A stretch of 63,996 nt of DNA, filler included. It is 5 parts of 5 records of this genome, joined end to end, with 100 filler letters (N's around TTAATTAATTAA, not from the genome) between each part and the next. Parts side by side here need not be neighbours in the genome. Positions count along the whole stretch, not along the records: positions 60,321 to 63,996 come from SRR20825010_1468; 4 more parts are not named here. One strand, written 5' to 3'. The position numbers and the translations under genes were made by a program. This document shows positions 60,364 to 63,996 of this stretch, in pieces; the stretch's first letter is position 1; every line of letters begins with the position of its first letter. A model generated the notes under the pieces. That model was not told the DNA's origin. It ran no database searches and was given only the letters and a program-made list of their open reading frames with translations.

Positions 60364-61239
60364 TTACGGTCGCCGCGTTGGAAACACCTGTTTCAACCCC
60401 GCCACAATAATAAAGCTGATAATCACCAGCAGCATCCAGGAGCTGATCTTGTTCGGCCCCACAATGGCCCATGCCTGCGCCTGATCTGGATAAACCCAGC
60501 CGCCAAAAAATGTGGCGATATTCTCCGCGACCCAGATAAAAAATCCGATCAGAAAAAAGGCGAGCATCATCGGCATCTGCCGTGCCTTGCGCGTCACGGT
60601 GAACTCAACTTTTGTTTTCCAAAAAACGACCAGCACCGCCGTCGCCAGCGGCCAGCGCATATCCTGCATATAGTGGTTGGTGAAAAAATTCCCGTAGATC
60701 GCTATGCAGATCACAACGGCTAGCCATAGCGGCGGAAAATGCCTGACCTTCAAATCCTGCAACCGCCACGCCTGCATCATATAGCTGGCCACCGCCGCAT
60801 ACATGAAGCCGCTATAAAGCGGCACGGTTGAGAGGTGGAAGAATGCATATTCCGGGTAAGACCATGATTGCACGCCCGGCGACGTCTTGAAGAGTTCAAG
60901 CCCCATGCCGATGGCATGAAAGAATGAGAGCACCGCCACTTCGCGCGGGCTTTCAAGTCGCGTGGCGATCAGCACCACCTGAATGGCAATCGCCCCCAAA
61001 AATAGAAAATCATATCGCGCCAGTCCCGGTATCGCCACATAGGATGAAATGGCGAGCAGAAAGAGAAACGATCCAGCGAAGACGCAAGCCGCCGCCTGCT
61101 TGATGCCGAAAACCAAAAACTCACTTAAGCCCGCCGCCCATCTCGCGCCGATCATCCGTCCCAACACATTTTCAAGCGTCAGGAAATGGGGCGTCAACAA
61201 GGCGGGCAGGGCGATCTTATCGGCAGGTGTCACAGACAT
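60364..61239 (-). CDS. DUF817 membrane protein
   Basis: EFLVFGIKQAAAC.F, RYDFL, ELFKT...SWSYPE, VPLYSGFMYAAVASY, FFIWVAENIATF. Confidence 0.88.
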   Translation of the reverse strand: MSVTPADKIALPALLTPHFLTLENVLGRMIGARWAAGLSEFLVFGIKQAAACVFAGSFLFLLAISSYVAIPGLARYDFLFLGAIAIQVVLIATRLESPREVAVLSFFHAIGMGLELFKTSPGVQSWSYPEYAFFHLSTVPLYSGFMYAAVASYMMQAWRLQDLKVRHFPPLWLAVVICIAIYGNFFTNHYMQDMRWPLATAVLVVFWKTKVEFTVTRKARQMPMMLAFFLIGFFIWVAENIATFFGGWVYPDQAQAWAIVGPNKISSWMLLVIISFIIVAGLKQVFPTRRP

Positions 61240-61306
61240 GGAAGCTCACGGCGGAAGGACGATCACATAGTCTGCTCACGGAAATATGTGATTTTTATGG
61301 CCGTCC

Positions 61307-62023
61307 TCAGTCGAGCCCTGTCTTGCTCGGCGCCCAATAGGCTTTCGCCTTGATTTGGGCGGAACTCAGCCCGTGTTTTTTCAGAGCCTGACTAAGTCGC
61401 TGGATCGTCAGCGACTTGCCAGTCAGCGCCACGGTTCTCGCTGCATGAGCGTCAACGCAAGTGATGAGGCTCGTTTCCAATCCTTCCAGATGCGTGTCAC
61501 CTGCCATGCGTTCAACGAGCTTGGCATTGGCGATGCCCAGATGAGCGAGCACAGGTTCGCTTTCAGCGATAGAACTGACTTCGAAAATATAAGTCGCTTT
61601 GGCTGTGCCGCTCACCGCCAGCGCATAGGCAAGCCCGAAAGATGTTTCGTCGCCCACCAACACAAGCGGCGATCCTACATCTTCAAAATCCATTGATCGG
61701 CGCGGCCCAAATATAAGTGCGCTGTCGCCCACCTTGAGCCCGTCCGCCCAACGCGCAGCCGGTGCGTTGCCATGCAGATAGGCGAGAAAGCGCGTCGCGC
61801 CTTTTTCGTTGTCCCATAGCATCGGCGTGAAAGTGCGTGAGACGAACCCGCCAAGCTGCATCTGCATCTTCTGGCCCACCGCCCAGTGGTGATCTTTAAG
61901 GTTCGCGCCACTGAGATCGACCAAACGGAAATGTTCTGACAGCGTTTCGACATGAGAGACCTGCGCCTCGCGTGTCAGCCATTGCAGCAATTTGCCTTCA
62001 ACAAAACCGGGTTTTTTCAACAT
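61307..62023 (-). CDS. Siderophore-interacting protein (FAD-binding, ViuB/YqjH-like)
   Basis: SRTFTP, HGNAPAARWA, GPRRS, LVGDETS, KAYWAP. Confidence 0.85.
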   Translation of the reverse strand: MLKKPGFVEGKLLQWLTREAQVSHVETLSEHFRLVDLSGANLKDHHWAVGQKMQMQLGGFVSRTFTPMLWDNEKGATRFLAYLHGNAPAARWADGLKVGDSALIFGPRRSMDFEDVGSPLVLVGDETSFGLAYALAVSGTAKATYIFEVSSIAESEPVLAHLGIANAKLVERMAGDTHLEGLETSLITCVDAHAARTVALTGKSLTIQRLSQALKKHGLSSAQIKAKAYWAPSKTGLD

Positions 62024-62060
62024 GAACTCTTCCTAAAAGGGGAGCATCATGCTGTCATAG

Positions 62061-62077
62061 TTGCGAATGGTTCGCAA
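62061..62077. promoter_or_regulatory. Fur-like iron box
   Basis: Perfect TTGCGAA-TGG-TTCGCAA palindrome 38 nt upstream of the siderophore-interacting gene. Confidence 0.6.
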
Positions 62078-62086
62078 TAGGTGTTT

Positions 62087-63289
62087 TCAGAGCCCCAGCA
62101 CCAGCTTTGCCATGATCCCGCGCTGGATCTCGTTCGAGCCGCCATAGATGGATGCTGCGCGATTGTTGAGATAGCGCGGCATGGCCGTCAGCCCATAGGC
62201 CGGTCCCACCGGTTCCACATTCGAGCCGGGTGTGCGGGCAGGCATTTGCTCCACATGCGCGTAATAGGCAAGGCTCTCAATGGCGAGTTCGTCAATGGCC
62301 TGCGTCATTTCCGTGCCGCGTGTCTTCAGCATGGAGGAGGCAGGGCCGGGATTGCCTGTGCGCGCAATGTCGGCCATCACGCGATGCTCGGTCACTTCCA
62401 TCGCCTTGACCGAAATTTCCGCATCGATCAGTTTCGCGCGAAAGGCCGGCTCGTCAATCAGCCGCTCGCCGGTATCGGCCCGCTCCGCGCTTGCCATGGC
62501 GCGCACTTTTTCGATTCCGACGCCTAAGCCCGCCGCGAAAGCGCCTCCGCGCTCAAATTCGAGCAGATATTTGGCGACCGTCCAGCCGTCATTTTCCTCG
62601 CCCACGCGGTTGGCCTTTGGCACGCGCACATTGTCGAAGAATACCTGGTTCACTTCATGCTCACCGGCAAGTGTGATGATCGGCTCGACCTTCAAGCCGG
62701 GTGTGTCCATCTCAAGCAGAATGAAAGTAATGCCCTGTTGCGGCTTGCCGCTGGAGTCTGTGCGTACAAGGCAGAACATGCGATTGGCAAAATGCGCATG
62801 CGTCGTCCAGATTTTCGAGCCGTTCAGCACATAGTCATCGCCGTCAGAAACGGCTTTCAGTTGCAGCGAGGCAAGGTCCGAGCCGGAGCCGGGTTCGGAA
62901 TAGCCCTGACACCAATAGTCTTCACCGGCCAGTATACGTGGCAGATAGAAGTCTTTCTGTTCCTGTGTGCCATATTTCATCAGCACCGGCGCGCACATGC
63001 GCAGCCCCATGGGCGAGAGGTTGGGCGTGCCGTAGCGCGCACATTCCGACGCCCAGATATATTTCTGCATGTCGTTCCAGCCCGTGCCGCCATATTCGAC
63101 CGGCCAATGGGGCGCGACCCAGCCCTTTTTGTGCAGGATTTTCTGCCACTTCAGGTTCCACTCTTTGTCGGTGAAAACGCTCGTGGTCAGCGAGCCAGCG
63201 TCCTTCAACTCCGGCGTCAGATTTTCATCAAGAAAATTGCGCACTTCGTCGCGAAAGGCGGCATCCGCGCCCGTGAAATGAAGGTCCAT
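62087..63289 (-). CDS. Acyl-CoA dehydrogenase (PimC-like)
   Basis: WCQGYSEPGSGSDLASL, NGSKIWTT, NQVFFDNVRVP, SIYGGSNEIQR. Confidence 0.95.
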   Translation of the reverse strand: MDLHFTGADAAFRDEVRNFLDENLTPELKDAGSLTTSVFTDKEWNLKWQKILHKKGWVAPHWPVEYGGTGWNDMQKYIWASECARYGTPNLSPMGLRMCAPVLMKYGTQEQKDFYLPRILAGEDYWCQGYSEPGSGSDLASLQLKAVSDGDDYVLNGSKIWTTHAHFANRMFCLVRTDSSGKPQQGITFILLEMDTPGLKVEPIITLAGEHEVNQVFFDNVRVPKANRVGEENDGWTVAKYLLEFERGGAFAAGLGVGIEKVRAMASAERADTGERLIDEPAFRAKLIDAEISVKAMEVTEHRVMADIARTGNPGPASSMLKTRGTEMTQAIDELAIESLAYYAHVEQMPARTPGSNVEPVGPAYGLTAMPRYLNNRAASIYGGSNEIQRGIMAKLVLGL

Positions 63290-63428
63290 TCTGCTCCACC
63301 CGTATTTTTCTAAGCTGACGTTGCGTTAAGCGCTTTCGCGCCCGCCGCCTTTTCATCTGTCACTTTTTTGGGCCGAATGTCGAGGGTGCAACCGGGTCAA
63401 AACGGTGGGCTAAAGCCCCTGAAATGCA

Positions 63429-63470
63429 ATCACCCCGACTTCCTTGCGTGCAAGAGAAAGCCGGGGTGAT
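63429..63470 (-). terminator. Stem-loop downstream of the peroxiredoxin gene
   Basis: ATCACCCCG...CGGGGTGAT stem; no clear U-tract. Confidence 0.55.
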
Positions 63471-63497
63471 GGTCAGTCGGATTGTCTGAGCAGGTCG

Positions 63498-63996
63498 TCA
63501 GATATTTGTGGTGCGCAGGTAGGGACGGATTTCCGTCCAGCCCTGCGGGAACAAGGTTTTGGCTTCCTCGTCTTTGATGGACGGCGGAATGATAACTTTG
63601 TCACCCGGATGCCAGTCGGCCGGCATCGCGACGCGATTGGCGTCACCGGCTTGAAGCGCATCGATCACGCGCAGGATTTCGTCAAAGTTCCGGCCGACGC
63701 TCATCGGATAGGTCATCGTCAGGCGGATTTTCTTGTTCGGATCAATGATGAAGACGGAACGCACGGCCTGCGTCGCGCTCTGGTCGGGGTGGATCATATC
63801 GTAGAGCTTGGCAATCTTCAGATCGGGGTCGGCGATAATCGGAAAGCGCAAGATTGTGTTCTGCGTGGCGTTCACGTCTTCGATCCAGGCCAGATGCTCT
63901 TTGACCGTATCTGTCGACAAGCCGATCGGCTTGACGTTGCGCTTGGTAAAATCGTCGGCGAGTTGTGCCGTGCGGCCCATTTCTGTCGTGCAGACG
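63498..63996 (-). CDS. 1-Cys peroxiredoxin (Prx6 family), 5'-truncated
   Basis: Frame continues to the window end with VCTTEMG (peroxidatic Cys); FPIIAD, RSVFIIDP, YPMSVGRNFDEILRVIDALQ. Confidence 0.95.
   Translation of the reverse strand, partial: VCTTEMGRTAQLADDFTKRNVKPIGLSTDTVKEHLAWIEDVNATQNTILRFPIIADPDLKIAKLYDMIHPDQSATQAVRSVFIIDPNKKIRLTMTYPMSVGRNFDEILRVIDALQAGDANRVAMPADWHPGDKVIIPPSIKDEEAKTLFPQGWTEIRPYLRTTNI

Noticed and set aside
63315-63330. LiuR-like box CTGACGTTGCGTTAAG upstream of the acyl-CoA dehydrogenase
   Set aside because: Imperfect single instance and spacing uncertain relative to the recalled consensus

Overview
The window is not one locus. It is five unrelated contigs joined by 100-nt artificial spacers (44 N + TTAATTAATTAA + 44 N) at 21341-21440, 44967-45066, 55567-55666 and 60221-60320. 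Contig A (1-21340, AT-rich, Flavobacteriaceae-like) is an accessory island of mostly uncharacterised genes: a giant DUF4132 protein plus a beta-grasp-like partner, a DUF6892-like gene, a coiled-coil/VWA/divergent adenylosuccinate-synthetase-like operon, SMI1/KNR4, DUF1266, a TPR protein, a TPR sensor kinase with a NarL-type regulator, and two paralogous small proteins. Every complete transcription unit in contig A has an 18-bp ATCAC-N8-GTGAT-like palindrome exactly 21 nt upstream of a Bacteroidetes -7 box, which suggests a self-contained regulon. Contig B (21441-44966, Flavobacteriaceae) holds the cytochrome c oxidase operon tail, a duplicated MacAB-TolC efflux cluster with a repeated ECF-type promoter, tsaB, mscS, dodecin, Nfu, PorP/SprF, a VWA protein with a LytS/LytTR pair, a gamma-carbonic anhydrase and fabD. 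Contig C (45067-55566, Cyclobacteriaceae-like) holds an SF1 helicase, ACP phosphodiesterase, ppa, and a tightly coupled operon of ThiF-nitroreductase, putative N-acyltransferase, 7TM-DISM kinase and hybrid regulator, which resembles an oxazolone-type signal synthesis and sensing module. Contigs D (55667-60220) and E (60321-63996) are GC-rich alphaproteobacterial fragments: AraC/MFS and TetR/PaaK-like genes in D; DUF817, a siderophore-interacting protein with a Fur-like box, an acyl-CoA dehydrogenase and a peroxiredoxin in E. All family and taxonomic calls come from motif recognition by eye; no database search was run.
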